A program made the translations under genes and the position numbers. Positions 41,342 to 54,766 of a DNA stretch of 64,000 nucleotides are shown here, piece by piece. The stretch comes from Bugula neritina (taxonomy: Eukaryota > Animalia > Bryozoa): assembly GCA_964035545.1 (NCBI GenBank), contig OZ037770.1, positions 6,458,729-6,522,728 of the forward strand, given 5' to 3'. How positions within the stretch are numbered: position 1 is the stretch's first letter; the number at the start of each line of letters is the position of its first letter. The notes below the pieces were generated by a model. That model was given only the letters and a program-made list of their open reading frames with translations. It did not search any database and was not told the origin of the DNA.

Positions 41342-44300
41342 GTATGATCAGGCATAGAAGTAGCAAGTTCAATAAATAATGCAAACATGCAGAAGGTGTA
41401 ACAGCTGTGTACTTTTGTGAAGGAATAAGTCAGGGCTTTTTTATAGCAATACATCCTATAAGTAACTTATAAACATGGGGGAAATAATAGGTTAGTTCTC
41501 TAATTACTTTTCTTAAACATACATTACAATATTGAATGTCAAAACCGATTTTGTAAAAAAGCAGAATCTATAAAAATTCAACCTGCAAAAGCCAAACTAA
41601 AAGGCACATGCATTGCTGGGGTGATTAGTCCTGTCAATTATTAATAATTTTAATTTTTATATCCGTTGATAAAAGTCCTACTTTTGCAGGTAGAGTCTTG
41701 ATAATTATATAGGTGTCAGTTGTAGAGTATTATGCTTTTTAAGCATAAAAATATATCGTCTTGCAAGAGTAGAGAATCTAAAGATCCTAAGAGCTGATGC
41801 TGACATAGAAAGGATGTCCTGAGTACACATGCTATAGCATTTCTTTGACAAAACCTAATCATCTAGTAGCCCACTTGTTTTTGGAACTCAATCTAAAAAT
41901 ATAAATAGCAGTTTTCTCAATACATTGAAAAGTAATTTGCAACATTTTGAATTTGAATTAAATTGTTCATTATACACCACAGTTAGTACTCGAGTAGGCT
42001 AGTCTATATTCTGTAAAATCTACCTATACGGTAATCAGATCAAAGCTGCCAGCTGGTAACTTTTTAAAAAACACAGCTCATAATTACAATTACTATTAGG
42101 TGGGATGCTCCCTTGAAATTGTATTTTTCAAATAATTTCTTAGTAGATATGATTCATTGATTGCCATGATGACTCCAATTCTTTTGAAACATATTATGCC
42201 ATTAATGTATTTTAAGTTGGTCACTCACAGTAAATGTAGTTTGGTATGCAAGTAGTAGTACAATGAGAGTTACTAAACAGAAGATTTTTAGTGCAAAACT
42301 ATATTTTCTATGTGCCTACTCAACTACAGTACTCTAAATAATTGGAGAAAAAAGTGAGTCAATAATAAATTTGGCCATTTTTCTTACATAATGATAAAAT
42401 GAACTCTGACAATTTTGATCTAGTCTTACAGTCTTGGTAATAGTTCTACCATCAATGCATTCTTATTATACTATGCCTTTTTTATGAATATAAAACTCAA
42501 TTTTGAAGTTTAGTTAAACTGTGCAATGCTATAACAATAATAATAATATGAATATAATATTAAAAATAGATATAATACGCAGTATAGGTCTACTGTAATA
42601 CTAATAGTACAACTATACAAATCCTATAAAATTAATTAAAAATAAATATATTATTGCTTGAAAGCAATATGAAATATGCGAATTTGCTGAAGGAGGCAGT
42701 AGTACTCACTTACCCTTGAAGTTAAACTCTTAAAGTTAATCAAAGTACACTCTTTCATCCTAGGTTTGAGAGGTAAAAGACGTTTTTCACTCTATTTTGA
42801 AATGATATTCCCACCGCCAGTTGGCAAGTTCACTTCACAGATTGCGTTTTAACATCGAATTTTTTATTTACCGGGCTAGCTTTTACTAGTAACATATCCA
42901 ATCGGGCAAGATAAGTAACGCTTACAGCTACGCATGATATTATGCAGAGCAGTTTGTTTGAGGACAGTGCACTGCAGCTAGCGGAATGACTAGGATAGGT
43001 TTTGGGGGGGGGTGAATGTGAATTATAGACGTTATATGTGCTTTTTTGAAAGCATTATGATAGCATACGCTTTAGTCATTTATATGTAAAATAAAACCTA
43101 TTGTTTTATAAATTATAATTTACTTATTTATTTATTTTACTATTGTTTTAAAAATTTGATAAAACTTTGAACACCCCCTCATAATACCACAACCACACTC
43201 CACTCCTTTAGTTATAACCTAATTAGATTAGAAGTCACATCTTCAATACAAACAAGCTATTCCGATGTCTGCTGCTGGCATTAGCTTGAAACTGCAGTGA
43301 AGCTCTTATAACTGAGCTAGTAGACTGAAAGTGCACTACCTATAGTTAGCTACCAATGTTATGAATTGGTGTAAGCAGTAAAGGAAATGAGTAGTATATG
43401 TGTACAGAAACTTGTACTCAAATGCTTATAGAACCCCATAGTTACGGTTATTTGAGATTCAGTCAGGTCCAAAAGAAATTGTGAAATTAAATACCCATTT
43501 ATATTACATCATGCTGAATCTGGTCACATAATTGGCTATTTAAAGCTAATTGTAATTAAAACCATATTGCAATATAAAATAACCTGCCTAAGTTGCTCCT
43601 TATTGACGAGTAGTCTAGTTGGGCATTTAAGTTTAAACCATGAGCTCATTTCAGCTAAAAATAGCAGCACCTTGTCACTGCCTATGAATGGCTTGCATGG
43701 TCACTGCCAGAGCCATTAGCAAAATGGCTTACTGCTATTGCAAGTCTGCTACATACAAGTCTCCTACGTGCAAGCATTATTTATCAATCAGAAACTACTT
43801 ATTTAATTGTAAGCTACCAGAATTTTAATACCATAATATTATAAAAAAAGTTGTCTGGTAGGTGCGATATAAGCAGAAAAGCTTAAACAGCCTAAATTTT
43901 TAAATTTTTTAAAGAAATTCTAATTTGGTAACATGTCGGAATTCTCTCTAAACTTTTTAAGCTGCATCTCACCGCCTGTAATAGGCCCAATAATACGAAA
44001 TGCAGGGTTTAATTTCTCAATACCCTCATCACTGCACATACCTCATACTTATTATACTTAGCTGATAATACTCTACTACTATTGTTGAAAGAAAGTTATG
44101 CAGTTACTATTCAATTGACTAAGAATTCTCTCCAACAATTTTGTATATTCTGAAAAAAAGTTAATGTTTTAAAATACCAATACAGTGAGTTTGGTTACAG
44201 ATATATAATTAGTATAATTTAGATTACTCTACAGAGCAACAAATTTGCATTGAAATCACACACAAAAGGCATAAAATTTAGTGGCCTTAACTCTCACTAT

Positions 44301-45125
44301 ACATCCTAAGATGTCTAGGTTATCATACAGGCTGTATTACTAAACTGCTTTGCACTGGAAAGAAACAAGTCACAGCAAGAAATGTACGCAGGCTTCAGGA
44401 ACTGCTTCATATAAATACAACTGAAATCTAGATTCAGGGTAGATTGCGCATTGTACAGCCTCGCGTCTATAGGCAGTACAACAATATTGCAACCACCAAG
44501 ATTCCAACTACTAGCTACTATAATATAATAACCAGCCTCATACCGCCTTTTACCCATACCGCAGTTTACTGCAGAGATGAACTTTAACCCTTTGGTTTAG
44601 CGCGCACAACATGAATCGTAGGCCGCGTGAGCTCCCTGTAATCATTATGATGGCTACAATGCAGCGCAGCTCTACCGTGTTCAGCCAAGCGTGCAGACTA
44701 AGCGAGATGTAAATTTTTTAATAAAATCAGTGTATAAATTACACGTTTACACCAATTCTATTGAAGTTATCTGAAAACTTTAAAAAGCCTCTAATAGACA
44801 AATATCTTATAACCCTATATTTCAATTTTTGCAGAGATGTGTTGCTTGGGAATTGAATAATTCGTGGGGCACTGAGACCATGTTTTTTTATGCAAAAGTG
44901 GGCAATTTTTGACTGTTTTTGGAGCATAAAAATGCAACGGGTTGGGTAGGTAAAGATTTTAAAAAAGCCTCTAATAGAGCAGCAAAATATTTACAAGATA
45001 GTTTTTGAATTTTGGTTCTAGCCTCAAAATTAGTCGAGTTATGAGTGGGGCACTGTTTCATATATAATTATAATGGAGCAATGAAATTACTGATTCAGTA
45101 GAAGGATGACCTTAATCAAGCTGTG
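39713..45125 (+). mobile_element. Possible larger (5.4 kb) relative of the CAC..GTG element, or two separate end fragments
   Basis: Left cacagcatagttaaggtcatcc; right ggatgaccttaatcaagctgtg; both flanked by CA; 39713-39900 and 44640-45125 resemble the MITE. Confidence 0.5.
41250..41336. repeat. (TA)n microsatellite
   Basis: Read directly. Confidence 0.95.
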
Positions 45126-46760
45126 CAAAGGCATAACTCAATCTACATCATTCAGCCCTCTTTTTAAAAGTAAAATTAACAATTCAGCAATCTAGAATTG
45201 TCTCTCAAGCAAGGCGATTGATCATATTAAAAAAGTTAAAGTTTTTTGCATGCTGCAAATGCTTTAAAAATCATGAAACAAAATGTTTTCACTCTAAAAC
45301 TTTGTGTCACAATTGCAAGTTTCTAATCATCAATATTTACTATTTGTGTAAAAATGCATAAATGACATTCTGAAAATGACAATTGTAAAAGAGCTATTTA
45401 AAACTCATAAATCAACAGTTGAAAACTTGAAAATTGATGTTTGGAAGCTTATACTTTTGAAAATTGAAAATTAATTAGTCAACATGGCCTAATTCAGACA
45501 AAATGTTTCGCATTTGTTCGGTTCAAAACAATTGCTTTTAAATATATGCAAATATAAATTACAGCTATTTAAGAACTAATTCTACTTCTATGATGGCCAG
45601 CTCATTAGGCAAATTTATATTAATTTTTGAAGGCTATGTTAAACCCAACCAGATGCTAAGCATCCCTTAGGATTTTGAATATTCTTCAGCTTTCAAAAGT
45701 CATTCTTCTAATGTCAGTTTCCAACTGTCCATTTTTTATTTGTTTTATTTTTGACCAGTCTACTGGTAATTGTTAATTTTCTAAAAAAGATATTCCCCTA
45801 AACTTGTCATTGTTAGAATGTTGTGTCACTAAAGCTATTTAGTGAGTAAGAGTTGTCACAACTTATCATTCTATAACTTGATGGTGATAATAGTTTCATT
45901 TCGGTTTTGATTTAACAAGTTCATGCAAATATTTTTGAGAGAAAGCTAACTGTAGTTTTTTGATAGCAGTTCCACTACTACATTTACCACACATTTCAGA
46001 AAAAATTGAGAAAGATATTTATAACTAAAATTGAGGCAAACCAGCAAACCTAACAAACCACAATCTGGTAAAAAAAACTAGACCTACTTATTGATACAGA
46101 CAATCTCTCTGAGAAGCTTATCACATCTAAAACTAAGCATAACCTAAAATCTTATAGTAATTAACAACTGTCATTGCATTTATTTTTAATAAAGTAAATG
46201 AATTTATTGTGCAGTCTTATCAAGATCAAGTTATAGAAATAATATCTTTTCTTCATAGTTAAAAAAAGGACATGGTTTACGATTACTGTGCAGCTTTAGA
46301 GAAATTTAAACAGCAGGTAAGACTTTTTACTAATGCAAATAAAGTTGAATACAAAACAAGATATAATGTGATTATTACAAAATATGAGGAATTATCGAAC
46401 TCAAATTGGAATAGTTGGTCACATAATTTGGTTATATTGTTTATTTTCACAAGCAGTAGTTATAGATTAAAACTTGTTGGTTTAGTAAATAGTTTTCCAA
46501 CAGAAAATTAAATGAAACCTGCAATGAGCTAGTATGATTATAATATAATACAAAACAAATTTCGTTGTAAAAATAAGAAACAGGCAGCTGAACAATAATG
46601 TATATGTTTTCAACAATAAATATGTTTAGTTGGTTTGAAGCTACTCCAAATTTCAACAGATAAAAATAATTAAATTTTTTATGTGTAGGGTTTTATTTAA
46701 CTGAAGTTTAAAATAAAATGTTTGATGACAAAAAATATAGGTGTTGATCTTACATACAGA

Positions 46761-46887
<127 letters not shown>

Positions 46888-47199
46888 GGTTAAAATGGAA
46901 GTTGGTTAAGTTGATTCAATCTAGTCATGTTTCAAAAACCTCATGTGTGTGGCATGTGTTCTTTGTTAAACTCACTATTAATACTTGTGTGATGCTTTGA
47001 ATTCACAACAATAATTGAAATATGTATTCCACTATGTTTTACTTTCTTTTTGCTGGTAAAATATCAATTGCATTATTTAATATGCTTATTTAGCAATTAT
47101 AAACCCACACCTTGCCTAAATGAATAAACATCTGAATTAGAGTAAGTTTACACATATGTGCATATTAGTAGATGCAGAACAGAAAGCAAGTGTGAAAAC

Positions 47200-47404
47200 C
47201 TTGGAATGTGAACTAAATGGTACTCTGTACTGCTGGGCTCCAGTTTCATTAAATATAAGACTTATTGTTGCATAGTTCCAGGAGTCTTTAGTCACACCTG
47301 TCAAGTCTTCCAAATTTGCTCTCATAGTGAAGCTGTTTTCAGAAGTAGAAGTAAAATTAAAGTCTCTGAAAATATATCTAATTTCAGCTGCCACCGATCC
47401 GTTC
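47200..47404 (-). CDS. Exon 2: end of signal peptide and first half of FN3-like domain (NGSVAAEIRYIFRDFNFTSTSENSFTMR...SHSK)
   Basis: Acceptor tataatgcag|; open frame matches ORF 47137..47394; weak donor AAG|GTTTTC gives phase 0 to exon 3. Confidence 0.65.
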
Positions 47405-47696
47405 CTGCATTATATACATCAAGCAAAATACGATCATATCTCTGCATAGTATACGCAAAAAAGATAATAAACATTTTTATAACGTCTAAATGTAAACAAA
47501 GATTTTCTGCCTAACATATCATTTGCTAAAATGATGCTTTGAACTGACAATTTACTTTCGCTAGTTGTTTTGTTTCGGTTGACTGACTTGCTAAGCCTTA
47601 CGACTCTGATATTCTTTTAAGTAAACAAGTATATTGTAGAAATAACATATTATTTCTTCTTTAGTAAACTTATTTAGCCTGAAAAGACATGCTTAC

Positions 47697-47749
47697 CTGC
47701 AACTAGCAGCAATTGTGTACAGATAAAGTATGTGTTGCACCGTCTTCAT
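47697..47749 (-). CDS. Exon 1 of FN3 + F-type lectin domain gene (signal peptide MKTVQHILYLYTIAASC)
   Basis: ATG at 47749 in aaaaccATG context; ends at strong donor AG|GTAAGC; phase 2 joins in frame to next exon. Confidence 0.65.
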
Positions 47750-48279
47750 GGTTTTAACACAAACACACAAATGATGTTTTTGAGTAGAATTGTTATATTT
47801 ATTCACAGTGTTTATCCGTGCCTAGTTAAAAGTATATTGAATGTGTTAATTGTAAACAGCATAAGCAGAATTTTTTTTGACATATTTCAAAGATTAACAA
47901 TTAAAGAAAAATAAATAGATATTTGGATTGTTGAATTGCCGCAGCTTCATCTGTACTATGTTGTTTTTTTCCTGAATTTCAAAGAAAATTATTCATTACA
48001 TATAATGTATATGTAAATACTGAATTTTGTTTTTATATTGAGGTGTGCAGGCAACTTGCTGAGTTATTTTTATTGTTTATTTAAATATCAAAATATCTCA
48101 ACCATCAAATAGGGATATGAAAAATAATTGCTTCTTCAAGTCTTGAAACAAAACTTGCCTCACATGATCAACGTTTCATCTGTAGAACTGTATATGACGC
48201 TATGACCAGTTTAAACCTATCCAGCATCTGACACATAGTCTTCCAGTTTATTTAAAAGATGTTTTAAAAAAACTGTCAA

Positions 48280-49165
48280 TAAAATTGCTTTGAAGTTAAA
48301 GTACTTCATTGTTGGCCAATTACCCACATTCAGAGTCGTGCAACTAATTCATGTCACAAAGACGTCAATGCTACAACTCTATACAAGATGAGATTTATTT
48401 TGCAGTTGAATGGCAAGTTTTAAATTAATAAATAAAATATATCTTGTTCATGTTACCTAATTTAGTACACATTTGAAATCCTTAGTTTTTAGCCATTTTT
48501 ATCAAAATTTTATTTAAATTACAATTGAAAATTGTCTATAATATACTGTGTGATGTTCCAAAACGAAAACAGAAAAATGACATTTTATGTGGATGCCATG
48601 CAATTTCGATTATTTTTTTATATTAGTAGTATAAAACAAATTAAAAAAAACAATGCAACTCAAGAAAATATTTTCCAGTGATGCTAATTTTGTTTATTAG
48701 TAAGTATATACAAGTAAATGTTCTAATCAGTAATATTATGAACAAATATCACTATATTTATCTAAACTTAAGCAACAGAAAACTAATTCTACAATTAAAT
48801 TTAAATTTGACTCAGCATCTGACAGTGTCATTAAATACACTGTTGAGTAGAACTGGTGGTGTCAGGTATAAACAGAATCATTAATTTTAGTAATTATTAC
48901 ATGGACAGAACTTGCTGACACTAAGAGTCTTAAGTAGATATAATATGATGACTGGCAGGTATTAAGATTAATAGAGTAATTATCACATACATACATACAT
49001 CAGTATCATACAACTGAGTTTGCTTGTCGAATTGGAGGTAAGGGATGACCAGAAAAAATATATTGGTGAGAATATGTTGTGGAAAATCTGGACTCAGCAT
49101 GTGGCAGCTAAAAAACTCAGGAAGCAACTCTCTTCTTTCGTTGTGTTTTTTTAAAGTTAGCAAAA
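48280..49165 (-). pseudogene. Degenerate duplicate of the 63195-64000 segment (terminal exon plus 3' region)
   Basis: Colinear similarity, e.g. tacttcattgttggc, gtcaatgctacaactctatacaa, ttggaggtaaggga, aaaatctggactcag; in-frame stops and lost acceptor in this copy. Confidence 0.6.
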
Positions 49166-49189
49166 AGGTTTAATATGTAAAACTACATA

Positions 49190-50620
49190 GACCATGAATC
49201 AATTTTAATCTGGTAATATCAGTTATACCAAGCAAATTTTCATTAGAATTTGCCCATGCATAAATATTGGTATCTATAAAACTGTTAAAGTCGCCAATGT
49301 GAACCTTAGCTCTGCCTCGCACATTCACCAAAGACTTATCAACACCTGTAATATGCTTATCTGATTCCTTTAATTTAAAGTTCAACTTTCTGCAGTGGCC
49401 TCAGTAAGTGTAGAAACTTCAGATCCAGTTTCTAGCAACAATTCTATACGTCTACCACTAACTAGTAAAGTCTGAAATGTAAGGTTCTACTTACTTGACA
49501 GTCTGTGTAACAGTCCCTCGTGCAGTCTTTATTTTCTCTTTCACAATAGCCAATATCCAAGCCGTACAAGCTGGTAAGAAATCCGAATGATTTAAGGCAG
49601 TTAGCCAATCACCTCAGGTTACCTTGTAGCTTATCTACTAAAGACTATAAACCACATTATATATTTTAAAGTCTTTGTTATTTTAGGACTGACATGGTGA
49701 TTATCAGTCCCATCACTCTTTTTATCAAACTTCACTGATTTCAGGAAGCCCATAACTCTGATGCTGTTTTCTGTTGGTTCCACATATCTATTTTTGTGGT
49801 GGTAACTTTTTTATCAGAATAATCTTGAGAAATGTACCCAAAGTATTTGCACGTGTAGCAACGTGTTTTAGGGCAGTTTCTCGCATAATGTCCTGTATGT
49901 TTACATCTAAAGCATCTACTATAACTTTTGCAAGCATTTTGCAATTTATAACTACAATGTTGATATAAAGTACAGGCTTCTTTTTTCTTTGAAAAAGAGT
50001 TGCCTATAATTTGTCTTATCATAATTAGATCTACGCAGAACTTTATTTCTTTTCTTTCACTGTTTTGAGCTATCATTTACTTGGTAAGAATATGTGAGTC
50101 AACCAGTTGACTGTTCATCTATGCATTCATTGTTTATTGCATTTAAAGCATTTTCAAAAGGTTTACTTAAACGTGCAGCACGACTTTTTCTTTTTAGCTG
50201 TTCCCAGCTTAAGTTAGCATGCTGTAACAGATGTCTACGTAACTATATATTTCTAACATCACTATCTGCTAGTGCAACTGCAAATTCCATTTCAACATCA
50301 TTATTATTGCCAAAGGTAATTGCTCTAATTAGCTTTCAACTTTTAGCAGACAATTAATTTTATTTTTCTTAAAACCTTGAGACACAGTGACAAACGTTAT
50401 AGTTTTTACATAAAATGTATCATCTCTATCTTAGAAAGATTGCAGTAAGTCTAAGGCTAACTCATATTATTCATCAAAGTTATTATTCAAATCAAACATA
50501 ATGACTGTAACGTTTGAATGCCTTCTGACCCTACAGCTTCTAACAGAGCTAAAAGCTTTCTCCCACCTCTAAATATGCTAACCTGTTCATCCCCTACTAC
50601 TTCAAACCCTGTATTAAAGG
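49190..50620 (-). mobile_element. LTR retrotransposon gag-protease fragment (Gypsy-like)
   Basis: Double knuckle CFRCKHTGHYARNCPKTRCYTCKYFGYISQD; protease-like LLLETGSEVSTL and NLLG motifs. Confidence 0.75.
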
Positions 50621-51229
50621 AAGTAACTTACATGTATATACTCAATTTAAATTAAGTGAGCTGTGAGTTCTGAGAGTTGGTTATGTTGCTTCCATCCAAT
50701 TTTTATTTAGGAAAAGCATTAAAGTGTTATTTGATGTTTTCATGAGCCATACCACACGTTAGCACTTTTGATACGGTAATTAAAGCAATTTAATTTTAAG
50801 CAGCAAGAGCAATATTGTGTGTTGCCAATATGACATTTAGATTGTTTTGCCACAATGATGAAAGCAGCTATCTAGTGATTATGCACTGTACTCTCAATTT
50901 CAATTTCTAGGCATCCGTGTCTGTCCAAGTTTAATTCTCAGTCACCGTCAGCGTCACTCCTAATCTAAATATTCTAGTATTATTTATAATTTACTCAAAA
51001 GTCAACACTCACCACCTTTCTCATGCAACGAGTCTCTCAACTCTTTTTCCTAAATATAAACCTATAAAGCCTAGAAAACTTTAAACTATACACACTTCTC
51101 TTCTTTGTACCTCTTGTCTCCTCAATATCCTGCTGACTGCACTATGGAAAATTAACCCTTTAGGTAAAGCTCTAGCTCCAGAGTTTTTATTTTTACTTCT
51201 TTTTGGCTATCACTTGTCAGTAGCTTTAG

Positions 51230-51790
51230 TACCTGCTAGCTTGTAGTTTGTCAACTTCTGATCATTTTACAAAGGCCGCAAATTCATAATCAATTTCATT
51301 AGCAATTACTCAAGCAAGATCTTCCCATATCCATTATGTTCTAAAGACAAAGCTTGTTCAACCTTACAAAAGTTCTTAGCTGATGCAGCACCTATAGGAA
51401 AAGTCCACAAACTCCACAGTGATAATGGTGAATACACCAGTCAGATTTTCCAGAAATTTCTCATTCAACACGGTATAAAATACACCGCACGGCCCCTCAC
51501 TTTCCTGACCGAAACAGAAAAGCAAAACAAACTTGGTGCAGCATTCTGGAAGTGGCTCGTTGCGTTATCTCAGACGCCAACTTGCCTAAGAATCTTTAGC
51601 TACATGCTGTCAATTTGCTTCAGTACTTATGCAATAGAAGCTATCAACAGCAAATCAAACAAACAGCTTATAAACTTTTCACTAAACTTGAACCTGATAT
51701 GCAAAAAATATTTGCTTTCAGCTCTGAATGTCACCATCTCAACAAAACACCTCCTTCTAAGCTCTTTTCTCAAGGCCTTTGGCACTAAAG
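51230..51790 (+). mobile_element. Copia-like integrase fragment (5' part of a split element)
   Basis: GKVHKLHSDNG-EYTSQIFQKFLIQHGIK; ILEVARCVISDANLPKNL. Confidence 0.8.
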
Positions 51791-51811
51791 TTGCCTTTAT
51801 ACCTTCATAGC

Positions 51812-54046
51812 TACTGATGTAAGTAATTACCGCCCAATCTCTATATTACCTGCTTTCAGTAAGATAGCTGAAAAGATTTTAAATAAGCAAATAGTAGATT
51901 TTCTAGAAAGCAAAAATTATTTAACTGATAAGCAGTACGGCTTTAGACAAAATAGAAACACAAATATTGCCTTAATTAATCTAACAAATAAGGTTTTAAA
52001 TGCCATGAACAATGGTAATTCTGTAGCGGGAATTTTCCTCGATTTTAGTAAGGCCTTTGACACAATAAATCATGAAATCTTATTAGCTAAATTAAAAATG
52101 CTCCACTTTTCAAGTCACAGTGTGAAGCTAATTAAAAATTATCTGTCCAATTGGCAACAGTCTACCATTATTACCAACACATTCTGACTTTGTTCATATC
52201 ACATGTGGAGTACCACAAGGATCCATACTTGGTTCCACACTATTTCTAATTTATTTAAATGATCTTCCAGATATAACTATGCATTTAGACCCTATATTAT
52301 TTGCCGACGATACAAACCTCTTCTTTGAATCAAAAAATCTATTAAACAATATGGACATCATAAACTGTGAATTAAAGAAAATTGAAACTTGGTGCAATAA
52401 AAATAAATTAACTGTAAACATGGGTAAAACAAATTATATGATAATCAAAACAGCGCAAAATAAACAAGATTTAAATGGCTTTGCCTTAGAAATGTTCAAC
52501 AAAAAAATAGTGGAGGTAAAATCAACTACCTTCTTAGGTATTATAATAGATTCACATCTTTCCTGGCAACAACATTGCAGCAAACTTTGTCAAAACCTAA
52601 GGCCCTTAGTAGGCTTGATAAGTAAATGTTCCCATCACCTACCTAGAAAAATTCTAATACAAATATATAACTCTTTTGTAAATTCTAAATTAACATATTG
52701 CCTAGAATCGTGGGGTAATGCAGCAAACATTTATCTTGAACCATTACATTTACTACAAAAGAAAATACTGAGAATTGTATATAAAAAGCATCACCTTTTC
52801 CCATCTAAACCACTGTTTCATAGTTCTTCAATCATGCCTATTCACACTCTACACAAATTCAAACTAATACTGCTCTCACATAAACTTTACTATTCTCAAC
52901 TAACACATCTCACACATAACTATCCCACAAGATTTCCAAAGTTCAGCCTACAAACTCCTCCATCATCAACTGCTGCAGGTCAACGAAGAGTGAAATTCTA
53001 ATGTTCGTCGCTATGGAATAAATTGCCTAGTTCTATTCGTGCTGTGGAGAGGGAGGCTGGTTTCAAACTTGCCCTGAGAGACCACCTAATGGCAAATTTC
53101 CAGATAAAAAAACAATACTTTTTAAGTTGCTAACACAGGATAGTTAAGGGCATCCTCACTAAGAATATCATAAATTTCTCTTAAAATGTAGTTAAGGTTC
53201 TTGAATAATATTGCTCTGCGGGTGGCATGCGTGTTGCCTACTTGCATTTGTTTAGCCTAAGATGGAACTACAGCCAATGAGCAGCAACCTTCATTAGGGC
53301 TGCGTTATCTATCAACATTCCATTATGGATGCTACATTAACAAAGTAAAAAGCGAGCTATTTATTATAGCCTGCCAGCTAGCAAGCCTGTAATTATTATG
53401 TACGCGCCAATATCTTCTCATCCCTACGTGCTCATTGAAGCGTGAAGTGCTGCGCGCTGCTAGTTTCTTATGAAAAAATATGGCATTTTCAGTGTATAAA
53501 TCACCAAGTTGTGGGCAATCTAGCAGAGTTATTGGAAAATGAAAAAAATTGCGCTGGAGAAATATTTCAGGATTCTAAAAGTGCAATTTTTATTCAGATA
53601 TCATCTTTTGCTGCTGAGATATTTTACTGGTATTGAAAAGTCCGCTTTTCTGGCAAAATTGGCCAAAATTGGGCAGTTTCTTGTCTATAACTTTGCAAAA
53701 AAAATGAAAATTGAAATTTCCAAAAAAGATGCACTTGGGAAAAAGAAGATCTACAACATAGTTTTTAAATTTTGACTCTATAGCACAATTAGGTGAGATT
53801 TTATTTTACTGGTACTGAATTCTTATATGATTACAATGCAAACCTCAGCAAGGCAGTTGCAGCTAAAAGGTTGCCCTTAACTATCATGTGAAAACTTCCA
53901 AAAACCCAAACAAAAATCTTCATAACTGTCAACCATTCATGGCTCGGTGCCTCGACTAGCTACAGTGCTATTGCGCCATAGGCCCTGTCATTTTGTTTAT
54001 TTTTTCTCAATTAATCTTTTCCCGACTACGACAAAATAAAACAAAC
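51812..54046 (+). mobile_element. 5'-truncated CR1/L2-group LINE (RT and 3' UTR), interrupted by a MITE
   Basis: NYRPISILPAFSKIAEK, QYGFR, FLDFSKAFDTINH, GVPQGSILG, FADDT, FLG; 3' UTR ending aataaaacaaac. Confidence 0.88.
53134..53890 (+). mobile_element. CMC/EnSpm-like non-autonomous DNA transposon, copy 3
   Basis: Same TIRs, TSD AA; sits in the 3' UTR of the LINE. Confidence 0.9.
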
Positions 54047-54142
54047 GATTTCCGGTCAAAAATTCAATATGGCCGGGTTGAAATTTCTCTGAGTTGCATT
54101 GCATTGTAAAAGCCACTCGTTGAAATTTGTGTACTGTGATGA

Positions 54143-54747
54143 TGTAATGAATTTTAACGCTCTAGTAATTATATTGCGTCACTATTATAATAGACTTGGC
54201 GTAACTTTGTAAATACTGTTAAATGTTGTAATTATAGCTAAGCTCTTAGCGTAGTGAATAGCGTAATAATGGTGAATTGTCTTCCTATCTTTTATTGCTT
54301 TTTTTAAGTTACTGTAATAGTTTTTGGAGTTATGTTTGCCTGTCACTTCCTTTTATAGTAATCTGCAATAATTTATGTGAGCTGAAGTTTGGCCGAAGTG
54401 GGAACCCAGGGCGCGATTTCGGAAAGGGGTATGTCCGACTTCGAAAGGATGTGTTCGATTTCGGACAGATTCTTCCGAAGCCGGCAACCGGAACTCCGAA
54501 ATCGGCAGCCGGAACTCTGAATCCGGCCAATTTTCAGACCCCCATAATGGCAGGAACTTTTTGCAGTGTATAAAGACGAGCATTTCTAGTATCAAATCAG
54601 TTTAACACTGGAGCTCGCAGAGGAAACCACTATATACATCAATAAAGGCTATTAGAATCAACATTTTACAAAGACTTTTATTCAACAATCACAAGTATTG
54701 GCATGCAGACTACTTGTCTATTTCATTAAACCCGCAAAATCACAACA
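54143..54747 (+). repeat. 5' LTR
   Basis: Direct repeat of 59992-60611; TATA-like tataaag (~54569) and aataaa (~54641). Confidence 0.95.
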
Positions 54748-54748
54748 T

Positions 54749-54766
54749 TGGTGGCAGCGGTGGGAT
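54749..54766 (+). promoter_or_regulatory. Primer binding site complementary to the tRNA-Leu 3' end
   Basis: TGGTGGCAGCGGTGGGAT is the reverse complement of ATCCCACCGCTGCCA-CCA; starts 1 nt after the LTR. Confidence 0.88.

Noticed and set aside
48930-49163. ORF-track peptides MLTLKK../MLTIEK.. as real proteins
   Set aside because: Non-ATG starts; their similarity simply reflects the DNA duplication, and another frame looks more protein-like.
54390-54530. CRISPR-like spaced repeats
   Set aside because: Units are ~20 bp, degenerate, lack unique spacers, sit in an LTR, and there are no cas genes in this eukaryotic DNA.
54749-54766. tRNA-like sequence
   Set aside because: Only 18 nt antisense to a tRNA 3' end including CCA; it is a PBS, not a tRNA gene.
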